Of a stretch of 64,000 nucleotides of DNA, positions 49,036-59,920 are shown piece after piece. Positions within the stretch are counted from its first letter, which is position 1; every line of letters begins with the position of its first letter. The position numbers were made by a program, and so were the translations under genes. The notes under the pieces were generated by a model, which was not told where the DNA came from, did not search any database, and worked only from the letters and a program-made list of their open reading frames with translations. The DNA comes from Candidatus Bathyarchaeia archaeon (lineage in GTDB: Archaea; Thermoproteota; Bathyarchaeia; Bathyarchaeales; Bathycorpusculaceae), in contig JBEKGO010000003.1 of the NCBI GenBank assembly GCA_050012755.1, forward strand, positions 1 to 64,000. The letters are read 5' to 3'.

Positions 49036-49236
49036 ATGAGTGATCAACCAAATATAGCAACTATCCAGTTAAACGGCGATAAACAAAACTTCATTATTGA
49101 AAAGAAAGATTTCAAAACAGGCAGCAGAGGATACTATGGGACAGGCAAGATGGTGGCCGCGGGCAAAAAGTACCAGATAAGCATACAAGTTGTGGAAATC
49201 GGCTCAAAGCCCAAAGAAGAAAAGAAAGAAAAGTAA
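49036..49236 (+). CDS. small hypothetical protein
   Basis: 66-aa ATG ORF with GAGG upstream; FKTGSRGYYGTGK...IGSKP motif. Confidence 0.7.
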   Translation: MSDQPNIATIQLNGDKQNFIIEKKDFKTGSRGYYGTGKMVAAGKKYQISIQVVEIGSKPKEEKKEK

Positions 49237-49265
49237 TCAACCATTTCTTAAATTCTTATTTTTGT

Positions 49266-49748
49266 TTAAGGCACAATTGATACACTAATTATTGTAACAT
49301 TTCTAAGCGGTTTGTCTTTTGAGTTCGTCCTTACTTTAGCGATTGCATCGACCACTTCCATTCCAGAGATGACTTTGCCGAAAGCTGGGTGTTTGCTGTC
49401 TAAGAAATTATTGTCTGCTTGATTGATGAAAAATTGGCTGCTTCCGGTGTTTGGACCTGCGTTTGCCATTGATATTGTGCCTCTGTCGTTGCGATTGGTT
49501 CTAGTAAATTCGTTTTTAATGTCGGGTATTGATGGGTCACCATACCCGGTACCTGTGGGGTCGCCACCTTGAATCATAAAGCCAGATATTACCCTGTGGA
49601 AGATTGTGCCGTTAAAGGTTCCCTTCTGGACTAAATTCTTAAAGTTGCCTGTGGTTATTGGCATGTCGTTACGTAGTTGGATAGTTATGTCACCCATGTT
49701 GGTTTGGAGCAAAATTTTTACTCCGTTGGTATATTCGTTTGAAGCCAT
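49266..49748 (-). CDS. cyclophilin-type peptidyl-prolyl isomerase
   Basis: FHRVISGFMIQGGD and SMANAGPNTGSSQFFIN. Confidence 0.95.
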   Translation of the reverse strand: MASNEYTNGVKILLQTNMGDITIQLRNDMPITTGNFKNLVQKGTFNGTIFHRVISGFMIQGGDPTGTGYGDPSIPDIKNEFTRTNRNDRGTISMANAGPNTGSSQFFINQADNNFLDSKHPAFGKVISGMEVVDAIAKVRTNSKDKPLRNVTIISVSIVP

Positions 49749-49877
49749 AATTTATTCCCAATTATCAATTAGAATAATTTCTATTATGCCTATTGCAGGC
49801 AGAGCGTTCGTGAGGAGTTGCCTCCGCTAAAATCTTTGCTGAAAAGAGAGAAAACTAAAAAAACTTTTATTGTATGC

Positions 49878-50591
49878 TTAAGTCACGATTGATGCTTTTA
49901 TGATTGTGACTGGATTTACTGGTTGACTATTTTCTCCCGTAGCACTCGTAGTAACTGGCGCATTAGCTATTGCATCAACAACGCTTTGACCTGAGATTAC
50001 TGTTCCAAATACTGTGTAGGTGCCATCAAAGGTCGAGCCGTCGGAGTAGGTTATTCCGCTGTTGTCTGCTACATTTATGAAGAATTCGCTTGTTGCCGAG
50101 TTAGGACTGCTGGTTTTTGCCATTGCTATTGTGTACTTTGTATTGTGGTTGTTTGTGCCTATCTCGTCTTTTATAGTCGGGGTGTTTTCAGTTATGCTTC
50201 CGCCTTGAATCATGAAGCCAGCTATGACACGATGGAATGTTGTGCCGTTGTACCATCCTTTTTGAACGATGTTTATGAAATTGGCGGTTGTTATGGGTTT
50301 GTCCGTCCGAAGTTGAATTGTTATATCGCCTGCACTTGTTTGCAATAGAACTTTTGTTCCTGTGACGGTTGTTGGAGTTGCTGTAGAGGTTGCCGTTGGA
50401 GTTGTGGTTGGAGTTGCAGATGGAGTTGAAGCAGTTGGGGATGAAGTTGGATTAGTTGACTGACTTGCGGTTTGACTGCCTGGCGCTCGTATTACAGCAT
50501 ATGCACCTATAACAATTATAACCAAAACTATTATGCCAATTACATAAGACTGTATATTGGACTTTTTCTTAGGCGTTTTTTTGTTTGCCAT
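49878..50591 (-). CDS. membrane-anchored cyclophilin
   Basis: N-terminal TM, Thr/Ser linker and FHRVIAGFMIQGG. Confidence 0.92.
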   Translation of the reverse strand: MANKKTPKKKSNIQSYVIGIIVLVIIVIGAYAVIRAPGSQTASQSTNPTSSPTASTPSATPTTTPTATSTATPTTVTGTKVLLQTSAGDITIQLRTDKPITTANFINIVQKGWYNGTTFHRVIAGFMIQGGSITENTPTIKDEIGTNNHNTKYTIAMAKTSSPNSATSEFFINVADNSGITYSDGSTFDGTYTVFGTVISGQSVVDAIANAPVTTSATGENSQPVNPVTIIKASIVT

Positions 50592-50884
50592 ATCCCAGAC
50601 ATTTAACTGCTTATCATATAAAATTTTCTAATTTTTGCCAACGAGTTGACAGTTTTGTGTTTCTATCAGTGATATGTCGGCGAAATGCCCAGGTTATTTA
50701 CTAGACTGACGTAATGAAATGGTTAGCTCCAACCGATGGGAAATTAATAATTTGTCTGCTGCGTCAACTTCATTTAGTTTTTCAATATTGATTTTAGTCT
50801 TGCTTTCAACCGCCTTTCCGATAGCGAAACGGCAAATTAGAAATAAATGTGCCTTCTGATATTGTTTGAATAAGGCGAAGTGTT

Positions 50885-52432
50885 ATGACGGATGTAGTGT
50901 TTGTCTTTGAAGTTCACCAGCCACATCGGCTGAGACGGAACCTGTTTTGGGAAGGGAAAGTTTTCAGGCGCTTGAAGAAAGAAGAATTATTTAATTATTA
51001 TTTTGACAATGAGGTTGACAGAGAAATTTTTAAGAGGGCTGCACGTAAATGCTATTTTCCTTCAAACCAGATACTTCTTGATACAATAGACAAGTACAAG
51101 CATCTCCAAAAACAAGCCAAATTCTCATTCAGTGTTTCAGGAGTCTTCCTTGAACAATGTGAAATGTTTGATCCTGACCTCCTCGAAACTTTCAAGCAGC
51201 TAGCCGAATCTGGCAAAATAGAATTTCTAAACCAAACCTACTATCACTCAATCGCAAGCCTTTACCCAGACAAAGAAGAATTCATTGAACAAACAAAAAT
51301 GCACAAAGAAACAGTAAAAGACCTGCTCGGCTGTATACCTACAGTTTTTGAGAACACAGAACTACTCTATAACAACACAATCGCCAAAACAGTTGAAGCC
51401 TTGGGTTACAAGGGAATCTACACTGAAGGCATTGAGAAAATTCTTGGCGAAAAATCTCCAAACTACCTCTATACCCCTAAAGGCGCCAAAAAAATTCGTG
51501 TTCTCCTTCGCAATTACAAATTAACTGATGATATTGGGTTTAGGTTTTCCGCAAGATGGTGGCCTGAATGGCCCTTGACTGCAGATAAATATGCAGGCTG
51601 GTTAGCGGGTACTCCTGGTGAATGCATTAGTATTTTTCCTGACTACGAAACTTTCGGTGAGCATCACTGGCCCGAAACTGGAATTCACAGTTTCCTGCAG
51701 CATCTTCCCGACGAGATATTGAAGTTTGAACATTTGCAGATGGCTACCCCCTCTGAGGTGATAGCTAAACATGCATCTGCAGGAGAAATTGACGTTCCCG
51801 AATCCGAAGGCACCGTTTCTTGGGCAGACGTCCAAAGGGACCAAACTGGGTGGCTTGGTAACGTTATGCAGTGGGCGTATTACACTGCATTGAGGCGGTT
51901 GGAGCCATTCATTAAAGAAGCAGACGAACCTGAATTTCTTAAATTGTGGCGTGACTTCCAAACAAGCGACCATTTATACTACATGTTTACTGCAGGCGGT
52001 GGACCTGGAGAAGTCCACTCTTACTTCAGTCCATTCGAATCCCCTATGGATGCTTTCGTCGTAGCGCAAACACTGCTAAATGAATTTGAAGCTAGACTCA
52101 GACTGGCGATTTTAACTGCAAATGAGCCTTTCTTGTTCTACACAGGCGTTGGAAAAGAATATTGCACAGGAATTATGGCTTGGAGCATGAAAGGATTTCT
52201 TAAAGCGATAAAGGAAGTTAACGCTAAAGCCATAGAGTTCCATGTTAGCAACGGAGATTTTGAAAGCTGGGCCCAGAGTTCACTTAAAGATCAAGAATTG
52301 GCATTGCATTTTAAGGAAATTAAAGATTCAAAAGAAAGAGGAGAAAAACTTCGGGAAACAATAATTGATTTTACAAGTAAACGCTTTGCAGTCTTAAACA
52401 AGCAAACGCAGGATGCAACCAAACTCTTCTAA
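50885..52432 (+). CDS. glycoside hydrolase family 57 (alpha-amylase-like) with C-terminal extension
   Basis: FEVHQP, TYYHS, NTELLY, DYETFGEH and QTSDHLYYM. Confidence 0.92.
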   Translation: MTDVVFVFEVHQPHRLRRNLFWEGKVFRRLKKEELFNYYFDNEVDREIFKRAARKCYFPSNQILLDTIDKYKHLQKQAKFSFSVSGVFLEQCEMFDPDLLETFKQLAESGKIEFLNQTYYHSIASLYPDKEEFIEQTKMHKETVKDLLGCIPTVFENTELLYNNTIAKTVEALGYKGIYTEGIEKILGEKSPNYLYTPKGAKKIRVLLRNYKLTDDIGFRFSARWWPEWPLTADKYAGWLAGTPGECISIFPDYETFGEHHWPETGIHSFLQHLPDEILKFEHLQMATPSEVIAKHASAGEIDVPESEGTVSWADVQRDQTGWLGNVMQWAYYTALRRLEPFIKEADEPEFLKLWRDFQTSDHLYYMFTAGGGPGEVHSYFSPFESPMDAFVVAQTLLNEFEARLRLAILTANEPFLFYTGVGKEYCTGIMAWSMKGFLKAIKEVNAKAIEFHVSNGDFESWAQSSLKDQELALHFKEIKDSKERGEKLRETIIDFTSKRFAVLNKQTQDATKLF

Positions 52433-52493
52433 AACCCTCTTACGCGTATGCGTTTATAAGAGAAGTTGCCCTAAATAATGACGGTGCGCTAAA

Positions 52494-52745
52494 ATGAGAG
52501 AAGAACTTCCTTTTCCCGATAAGGTTTTACAAACACTACATAACCTATGCGCCACAGCAGCTGATTTGGCAAGAAGAGGCGAAGAAGTTGCCCGGCTTAT
52601 GCAGAAAGATCCAAATGAAATTGAAAGCATTTTGGATAGGTACAAGGCTGAAGGATTCGCTGAAAGCTTTGTGGATAATGAAGGAAAAAAACGCTACTAT
52701 CTTAACGCAAGAGGAATAATCAAGGTCTGCTCGCTTTTCACGTAG
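52494..52745 (+). CDS. small wHTH-like protein
   Basis: 83-aa ORF within the glycogen cluster. Confidence 0.6.
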   Translation: MREELPFPDKVLQTLHNLCATAADLARRGEEVARLMQKDPNEIESILDRYKAEGFAESFVDNEGKKRYYLNARGIIKVCSLFT

Positions 52746-52752
52746 TGGAATC

Positions 52753-53376
52753 ATGCGTGTAATAGTTTTATCATGGGAGTATCCGCCAAGAGTAGTAGGT
52801 AAACTCTCTGAATATGTTAAAGCCCTCTCAACGCAACTATCTACTAAAAAAGTAGAAGTTAACGTTGTAACATACGACGATATTTTAACAGGGCTATACC
52901 GAGAACCAAGCGGGGTCAGAACAGTTCGGGTGTCAAACCCTGTTCGAACTCACATTGGCGTTTTAACATGGGCTTTGACATTAAATCAGGAAGTAGAAAG
53001 AGCGGCAGCAAACATTTACTATCAAGACAACAAGCAAATTGACCTTGTCGACGTATTTGACTGGCATTTCATACCTGCAGCAGTCACATTAAAAAGTGGA
53101 CTTGAAATACCGTTTGTTTATTCCGTTGAAAGCTTAGAAGATCATCGTTCTCAAGCTTTAAACACGTCTAACACTTTGGCAATTAAAAGTATTGAATGGT
53201 TGGGGTTCTTCGAGGCTGAGAAAATCAGCGTTAAATCAGAGTGGATGCGTGACGAAGTCATCCGAATTTATAAGGTACCTAAAGAAAAAATAGTTGTTAT
53301 TTCAACCGATTCCGATTCCTGGATTACAGACGTCCTTAAACTATACAAAAGTGTGGGTGGATTGAAAATCAAGTGA
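52753..53376 (+). CDS. GT4 glycosyltransferase N-terminal-domain-only protein
   Basis: LSWEYPPRVVG motif; paralogous to the N-half of the next gene. Confidence 0.75.
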   Translation: MRVIVLSWEYPPRVVGKLSEYVKALSTQLSTKKVEVNVVTYDDILTGLYREPSGVRTVRVSNPVRTHIGVLTWALTLNQEVERAAANIYYQDNKQIDLVDVFDWHFIPAAVTLKSGLEIPFVYSVESLEDHRSQALNTSNTLAIKSIEWLGFFEAEKISVKSEWMRDEVIRIYKVPKEKIVVISTDSDSWITDVLKLYKSVGGLKIK

Positions 53377-54578
53377 AAGACGACTTAACCGTTATGATGC
53401 TAAGCTGGGAGTTTCCACCAAGAGTAATCGGAGGCATATCTCCGCACATTTATTTTCTATCAAAAAACCTGGTAAAACAAGGCGTAAAAGTTTACGTGGT
53501 TACCTGCGATTTCCCAGATACACCCGCTCATGAAGTAATTGACGGTGTTGAAGTTTACAGAATTGACTCTTACAAGAACCCAGCGCCTGATTTCGCCACT
53601 TGGGTTTACTTGATGAACCTGAATATGCAAAAAGAAACAGCTGCCATAACGAGAAGAATTGGAAACACAATTGATGTTTTTCACGCTCACGATTGGCTTG
53701 TGGCAAATGCAGGTATTGGACTTAAACATGTTTTTCGAAAGCCGCTTTTGGTGACTATGCATTCAACTGAAATCGGAAGAAGAGACGGATTGCATACTGA
53801 CACTGAAAAAATGATTCATGAAACTGAGGCTTGGTTAACGTATGAAGCTTGGCGTGTTGTTTGCTGCAGCGAATACATGGTTTCACATGTTAAATGGGCT
53901 TTTGGGCTTCCAAATGATAAGTTAGTTATGATCCCCAACGGTGTAAACACCCAATCTTATCGCGAAGTACCTGATGATTTGAAAGAGTTCCGTAGCAAGT
54001 TTGCTTTGCCAGAAGAAAAAATAGTGCTTTTCGTAGGACGACTGGTATATGAAAAAGGCATTCATGTGCTAATTAATGCTGTTCCAAAAATCTTGCAAAA
54101 AGTCAACGCTAAATTCATCATTGTCGGCAGCGGCTACATGAAAGAGCAACTGTTAAACATTGTGCGCAGCATGGGACTTGAACATAAAGTTCTCTTCGAA
54201 GGTTTCCTAGATGAAGAAAGCTTGATTAAACTTCAGAAATGTGCTGATGTGTCTGTTGTGCCGTCACTTTTTGAACCGTTCGGAATTGTTGCGTTGGAAG
54301 CTATGGCTGCGAAAAGCCCAGTTGTTGCATCTGATACGGGCGGTTTATCGGAAATCATTGAGCATGATGTAACAGGGGTTAAAGTTTACCCGAATAATCC
54401 TGATTCATTAGCTTGGGGAATCACAAAGGTTTTGGTTGATAATTACTACCGAAACACTATCAGCGAAAATGCCTATAGAAGAGTTCTAGAAAAGTATGAT
54501 TGGGCAAAAATTGCGCAGCAAACCAAGGGTGTTTATGAGAGCGTTATAGGCGAGTATTCAAAGAGTTTCTGGGCATAA
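53373..54578 (+). CDS. GT4 glycosyltransferase (glycogen synthase-like)
   Basis: SWEFPP, HAHDW, GRLVYEKG and EPFGIVALEAMA. Confidence 0.9.
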   Translation: MKDDLTVMMLSWEFPPRVIGGISPHIYFLSKNLVKQGVKVYVVTCDFPDTPAHEVIDGVEVYRIDSYKNPAPDFATWVYLMNLNMQKETAAITRRIGNTIDVFHAHDWLVANAGIGLKHVFRKPLLVTMHSTEIGRRDGLHTDTEKMIHETEAWLTYEAWRVVCCSEYMVSHVKWAFGLPNDKLVMIPNGVNTQSYREVPDDLKEFRSKFALPEEKIVLFVGRLVYEKGIHVLINAVPKILQKVNAKFIIVGSGYMKEQLLNIVRSMGLEHKVLFEGFLDEESLIKLQKCADVSVVPSLFEPFGIVALEAMAAKSPVVASDTGGLSEIIEHDVTGVKVYPNNPDSLAWGITKVLVDNYYRNTISENAYRRVLEKYDWAKIAQQTKGVYESVIGEYSKSFWA

Positions 54579-54584
54579 CAGATT

Positions 54585-55925
54585 TTATTTTCCAATCACT
54601 CGTACATTTTCAACTTGAATCCAAGGCGAAATCAACTGACCCATCTGCCGCTCATTACTGCTGACTAAACTTACGTTTTTCAGCACTTCAAATATGTTGC
54701 CTGCCAGCATAACGCCTCGGCTACAGTGATCTATTTCTCCGTTCTTTATTTTCCAGGCTGGAGTTGCAACAACCGAGAATTCGCCGCTTACAGGGTTACT
54801 GCTGTGAGCACCCTGCAGGTAATAGATTATTAGACCGTCATCTACTTCGCTTAGCATTTCATCGGATGTTTTGTTTCCAGGCATAATGTGAAAGTTTGTG
54901 GTGTCGATGCTGGGAGTTGAGAGGTATCCTGCTCTGGAAGCGTTTCCAGTACTTTCTTTCCCATCTTTTTTGGCGGAGTAGTTGTCGTACAGAAAATTTT
55001 TCAGAATTCCTTTCTCTATCACTGTGGTCTTCTGATGTGGTACTCCTTCGCCGTCAAAAGCCCAAGTACGTAATCCTCCTTGGAATAGGCCATCATCATG
55101 GATTGTTAGGTTATCTGACGCGACTTTTTCCCCAAGTTTGCCTTTAAACGGAGACTGATTTCTTTGTACGTTGTCGGCTCTTATAGCGTTCACCAACGTA
55201 TAAGCGAGAAGGTCCTGCAAAGCAAACTGCGTCAAAATAAGAGTAGTGGACTTTGTCTCTACTGCCTTAGTTTTTAAGGCTGAAAGAGCCATTTTCGCCG
55301 CTTCTTTTCCAACCCATTCAGGGTTAACATTGTAGTTTCTTGAAGCATTAAATTCGAAGCAAACTGGAGTAACAGTGTTTCCTTCTTTAGCCAGCGTCGC
55401 AATGCTGCATTCAATCACTGTTCCTTTATCGAAACCTGAGATCCCGTTGGAGTTGGAGACGGCGTTAGAAATATAGGCGTTGCCTACCCCTCCTTCAATT
55501 GGAGCCACACGTTTGTCAACTTGGCTGGCGGAATCAAGCATGGTTGCAGCTACATTAACTAGTTCGCCTGAGCTAATCGCAATAACTTTGTCGTCAAAAG
55601 TCTGCTTAGGCGAAGGGTAAGGTTTGCTTTGCGGAAGCCCATTCCAATCTAAGTCCGGTTTGCTCGCTTTTGCTGCACTCAAAGCACTGGCAATTGCGTT
55701 TTCAACCGCGTTTTGATCGTCAATGACGTTTGTGTAAGCGAAACCTATTGCTTTGTTTGCAGCCACCCTAATGCCTATGCCTCGGTCAATTATTCTATTA
55801 GTTTTACTGATTTGCCCCAGTTCAATACCGATGTTTGTCGCTTGCCCCTCGTAAACATAAGCTTCAGCTTCAGAGGCTCCTTTTTGCATAGCAATTTTAA
55901 CTGCGTTTTCAGCTAAACTTAACAT
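54585..55925 (-). CDS. PmbA/TldE-family protein
   Basis: FDGEGVP, STGNA and NPVSGEFS; no HExxGH motif. Confidence 0.9.
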   Translation of the reverse strand: MLSLAENAVKIAMQKGASEAEAYVYEGQATNIGIELGQISKTNRIIDRGIGIRVAANKAIGFAYTNVIDDQNAVENAIASALSAAKASKPDLDWNGLPQSKPYPSPKQTFDDKVIAISSGELVNVAATMLDSASQVDKRVAPIEGGVGNAYISNAVSNSNGISGFDKGTVIECSIATLAKEGNTVTPVCFEFNASRNYNVNPEWVGKEAAKMALSALKTKAVETKSTTLILTQFALQDLLAYTLVNAIRADNVQRNQSPFKGKLGEKVASDNLTIHDDGLFQGGLRTWAFDGEGVPHQKTTVIEKGILKNFLYDNYSAKKDGKESTGNASRAGYLSTPSIDTTNFHIMPGNKTSDEMLSEVDDGLIIYYLQGAHSSNPVSGEFSVVATPAWKIKNGEIDHCSRGVMLAGNIFEVLKNVSLVSSNERQMGQLISPWIQVENVRVIGK

Positions 55926-55935
55926 TGTTTCTTTT

Positions 55936-57321
55936 TTAAGAGCTGCCACCGACAACCATCTCCTTAACTCTAATGTGCGGACCACCATCACAAATGAACG
56001 CCGTTTGCCCTTTCCCGCATCTTCCTGGATCTAACATGAAATCTTTTCCCACAGCGTCAACATGATGTAAAGTTTCAAGAGTGTTTCCGCTCATTGATGC
56101 ATCACGAACTGGAGCGCCTATTTCTCCATTAATTATTTCGTACCCTTCTTGGATGCCGACTTGGAAAGTACCGTCAAGGTTAGCTTGTCCACCCCTGAAA
56201 CTCTTAAAGTAATAACCCTGTTTGATGTCTTCTACCAGCTCTTCGAAAGATTGATCTCTGGGAGCCATGTAGGTGCATCGCATGCGAATTATTGGTTCTA
56301 CACGGAAATCTTCAGCCCTAGCATTACCCGTGGGCTGGACGTTGAATTTTTGAGCCGTCTCACGATTATGCATCAATCCAGCAACGACTCCGTCCTCTAT
56401 AAGTAATGTTTTCTGAGTTTGAACCCCTTCATCATCATATTTGAAAGCGCCAAAAGAACCATCAATTGTGCCATCATCACAGAAAGTTACTAAATTTGAA
56501 CCAATTTTCTTTCCAATGTTGCCTGCTAAAACACCGCCTGAAAGAGCCAAATCAGCTTCAGCCAGGTGCCCGAATGCTTCATGAACAAAAACTCCTACCA
56601 CGTTTGGTCCCAAAACCACTGGGAACGTTCCCCCTTTTGGCGATTTAGCACTTAACTGTTCAATCGCGCGTTTTGCAACTTTTTCACCCAAAGCTTCAGG
56701 GGTTTGTTCATCGAATAATTCGTATCCTGCCGTTGAGCCAATTTCTTCCCGACTAAATGTGTAGACTCCCTCGCTGAGGGCTGAGGCAGTTATTCTTGCC
56801 CAAACATACAGTTTATCCTGCTCTATACTCGTGCCCTCACTGTTTACAAAATAACTTGTCCCAGTCAAATCTAGGTAATCCATGTTACAACTTTTAATTC
56901 GCTTGTCAAACCTCAAGCTTGCCTTGTTCACCGCCAAAGCAGTTTTAACTTTATCCTCCATCAAAATATCAGACGGGTTCTTCTTGGGCTTTGACACAAC
57001 TCGGTCAGTAACGATTTTGGCTTCAGCAAGCTTAATCGGCGTTTTCAACCGTGAACTAGCCATCTTAGCCATCCTGCAAGCATCAGAAACTGCGCTCTCC
57101 AAAATATCTGGATCCAATGAGCCAACCGATGCAAAACCCCAAGCACCGTTTACTAGCACACGCAAAGCAACGCCGTTCTCAATGCCCTGTTTGGCTGCTT
57201 CTACTCGCTCTTCCTTTACGTTGAGCATTGTTTTGTGGAGTTTTTGGGCTCGGGCTTCAGCGTATTGAGCGGCGAATTTTTGGGTGGCTATGCTGTTAAT
57301 TTTTGTTAGAAGGTCTTTCAA
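55936..57321 (-). CDS. tldD: TldD-family metalloprotease
   Basis: HEAFGH, YDDEG and CGKGQ. Confidence 0.92.
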   Translation of the reverse strand: MKDLLTKINSIATQKFAAQYAEARAQKLHKTMLNVKEERVEAAKQGIENGVALRVLVNGAWGFASVGSLDPDILESAVSDACRMAKMASSRLKTPIKLAEAKIVTDRVVSKPKKNPSDILMEDKVKTALAVNKASLRFDKRIKSCNMDYLDLTGTSYFVNSEGTSIEQDKLYVWARITASALSEGVYTFSREEIGSTAGYELFDEQTPEALGEKVAKRAIEQLSAKSPKGGTFPVVLGPNVVGVFVHEAFGHLAEADLALSGGVLAGNIGKKIGSNLVTFCDDGTIDGSFGAFKYDDEGVQTQKTLLIEDGVVAGLMHNRETAQKFNVQPTGNARAEDFRVEPIIRMRCTYMAPRDQSFEELVEDIKQGYYFKSFRGGQANLDGTFQVGIQEGYEIINGEIGAPVRDASMSGNTLETLHHVDAVGKDFMLDPGRCGKGQTAFICDGGPHIRVKEMVVGGSS

Positions 57322-57415
57322 GTGGTATCTGTCCTTAGTAAGTTGGATTGTTTAACTAGACTTCTTTAGTGGAATTAAATCATTCCGTTGCCTGATTGCA
57401 TAGAAAATTGTTGAT

Positions 57416-58720
57416 TTATTTTCCGAAAAAATCAGACATATTCATCTGCTTAACCGTTTCACGGGGACGCTTAGGTTTAGGTTCGATTGTCGGGGCTTCG
57501 CTGTCTAAAACTAGCTGTCCATAAACGCCGTCGTATCCTGGAGTGACTTTGGCTGTGCCGTTTCTGACTTTTAGGATAGCGTGAGCAATTGGTGCATCAA
57601 CAATATTGGCTAACGCTTGCAAGGGCGCGTCAATTAGTACAGTGTACTCATCACCGAAGTTTTCAACCAACGAGGTATAATTCTTCCAGACTGCCTGTGT
57701 CGAAGGCGAATCAGTGCCCAACACCGCCGCAATTATTTCCGATAGCGGCAACAAACGCAAAAACCCCGGAGCACCTTCACGTTTGAAATTTACAGGTCGG
57801 TCAGCGAGCTCCTCAACGCGTTGTTCTACGCCTTTAGTTAGTTTTCTGCGGCAAACTGGGCAGATATTATTGAATTTTATTGCTTCCTGAGGCGAGAGGG
57901 ACATTTTGCAGTTTCGATGTCCCGTCCAATGATACTTGCCATAAGCAGGGTCAACTTCAATGGTATACTTGAAGTGTGAGGCATCATTGCTTTTTATGGC
58001 ATCAATTACTTGCCCGTAGCTGAATTTTTCTATTTCAAAAACGTTGGCTTCCCTGCCAATACGCCATGGCCAAAAACTGTGGCAGTCGCTATTTGAAACA
58101 AGTGCAAATTTGTCCAATTTGCTGAGGCGCCAATTCATGGGAGGGTCAGAGGAGAGCCCCGTTTCCAAGGCGTGGATATGTTTGGTCATGTCTTGGTAGC
58201 AGTCTTCTACGGTGTCGAAGCCGCTGAATGCTCCAAAAATGCTGTACCATGGAGTCCACGCGTGGGCTGGGAAAACCATGTTTTCGATGGACACAGCCAT
58301 CACCTGCTCAACAAGCTGTGCCGCCGTCATGTCTAAAATTGGTCTGCCATCGGAAGATAAATCGCCAAAACTTTTCAGTCGTTCATTAATTTGAATAACA
58401 ATCTCCATGCTTGGCGCCAAAATGACGTGGTGAATTTTTTTGGATTCGCCCTTGTAATCGAAGATGGTGCAGGCTTCGGTTGTAAGCATAAATCGGACTG
58501 GTGAATCAGCGTTGGCTTTTAGCTTGAAAAGTCCTGTGTTTTGTTCAGGCGTTAAGGTTTCGTTGATTTCTTTGAGCCATTGCGGATGGGTAAAGTCGCC
58601 TGTACCTACAAGGTTTAGGCCTTTGATTTTTGAGTAACGGGCGATTTCGAGAATGTTCATTTGTTCGCTTGCCGCTCGACTGTAACGTCCATGAATGTGC
58701 AGGTCAGCTATGGCTCTCAT
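57416..58720 (-). CDS. endonuclease Q-family PHP protein
   Basis: DLHIHGRYS, GTGDFTHP, PAHAWTPW, ETGLSSD, NSDCHS, GKYH and PGYDGVYG. Confidence 0.88.
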   Translation of the reverse strand: MRAIADLHIHGRYSRAASEQMNILEIARYSKIKGLNLVGTGDFTHPQWLKEINETLTPEQNTGLFKLKANADSPVRFMLTTEACTIFDYKGESKKIHHVILAPSMEIVIQINERLKSFGDLSSDGRPILDMTAAQLVEQVMAVSIENMVFPAHAWTPWYSIFGAFSGFDTVEDCYQDMTKHIHALETGLSSDPPMNWRLSKLDKFALVSNSDCHSFWPWRIGREANVFEIEKFSYGQVIDAIKSNDASHFKYTIEVDPAYGKYHWTGHRNCKMSLSPQEAIKFNNICPVCRRKLTKGVEQRVEELADRPVNFKREGAPGFLRLLPLSEIIAAVLGTDSPSTQAVWKNYTSLVENFGDEYTVLIDAPLQALANIVDAPIAHAILKVRNGTAKVTPGYDGVYGQLVLDSEAPTIEPKPKRPRETVKQMNMSDFFGK

Positions 58721-58804
58721 GCTTAACGCCTCATTGCTAACGTAGGCTCTATCCGTTTTAAGGCTTCGCAAATTCGCGCTAAAATTGAGGAACGGTTAAT
58801 CGAT

Positions 58805-59371
58805 TCATTGCGGCTTACGTTTCAACGTGTTAGTCCATGTCACGAGCGCTTCAATAAGCTGCCGAATAAGCACTTTTGTTTGCTCATTAGTTAACCTGCC
58901 ATTGGCATCTACATTCTCAGCCGCAGAGGCTAACATAACTTCAGGCTGATTAAATGCATGTATATTTGTCATGATAAACGTCTGTCGAAGGTGATACTGT
59001 GCCCTTGCTCCACCAAACCTTCCCGTTGACGCGCTCATAATGGCGACTGGTTTGCCTTTAAGAGCATTTTCCTGAAATGGTCTTGAAGCCCAATCAAGCG
59101 CGTTTTTTAGAACTCCAGGAATAGAGTAGTTGTATTCTGGTGTGGCAATTAGAAGGGCGTCTGCATTTCTGATTTTTTCTTTGAATTCTTTTACTCTTTG
59201 GGTTGGAGTGTTTTCAAGGTCTTGGTTGAAGGGTGGGATGCCTTCTAAATCGAAAACTTCAATTGACACATTTTCAGGGGCCAGTTCCACTGCTGCGCGG
59301 ACTAAGGCTTTGTTATAGGAGGCTTTTCTTAAGCTGCCAGCGAAGGCAAGAATGTTGAATTTTTTTTCCAA
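58805..59371 (-). CDS. NAD(P)H-dependent FMN reductase (ChrR-like)
   Basis: GSLRKASYN and TPEYNYSIPGVLKNALDW. Confidence 0.93.
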   Translation of the reverse strand: MEKKFNILAFAGSLRKASYNKALVRAAVELAPENVSIEVFDLEGIPPFNQDLENTPTQRVKEFKEKIRNADALLIATPEYNYSIPGVLKNALDWASRPFQENALKGKPVAIMSASTGRFGGARAQYHLRQTFIMTNIHAFNQPEVMLASAAENVDANGRLTNEQTKVLIRQLIEALVTWTNTLKRKPQ

Positions 59372-59519
59372 AAGAAATCACCGCTAAAGGCATTCGAAAA
59401 TAAGCAGTCGAGGGGATTTAAAGTTAGCCATTGATTGCTGCGTCACTTTGTGTTTTTCGGTTTTGAAATCTTGGTTTGATGCAATATTCTTTTAAAGACG
59501 CGTCAAGCATGGTTACTTT

Positions 59520-59918
59520 ATGCATGAATGGGCTTTAGCTGAAGCTATTCTTACATCGGCGAAGCAGATTGCAGAGCAGGAAAAACTCAAAGAAGTAACA
59601 GAGGTCACCATTAGGGTTGGTGAGCTCCAGCAGGTTGAACCCCCAATTCTGCGTTTCGCTCTTTCACAAATGAAAACTGAGACATTTAAAAACGCTAAAT
59701 TTCATATTTTGAAAGCTAAGTCAACGCTTAAATGCAGAGTTTGCGGGACCACATGGCAATTTAACATTAAAAAACTTGATAAAACCACTGCTGAAGCTAT
59801 CCATTTTGTTCCGGAAGTAGCGCACACATACATTAGGTGCCCTAAATGTGGCAGTTCTGACTTTGAAATCGTCAGTGGACGTGGAGTTTGGCTTGAGAAT
59901 ATAAAAGGAGCTAAATAA
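59520..59918 (+). CDS. hypA: hydrogenase nickel incorporation protein HypA
   Basis: MHEWALA, CRVCG, CPKCGS and GRGV. Confidence 0.93.
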   Translation: MHEWALAEAILTSAKQIAEQEKLKEVTEVTIRVGELQQVEPPILRFALSQMKTETFKNAKFHILKAKSTLKCRVCGTTWQFNIKKLDKTTAEAIHFVPEVAHTYIRCPKCGSSDFEIVSGRGVWLENIKGAK

Positions 59919-59920
59919 GC

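Noticed and set aside
50365-50465. Low-complexity GTTG/GGAGTTG repeats
   Set aside because: They encode the Thr/Pro/Ser linker of the membrane-anchored cyclophilin.
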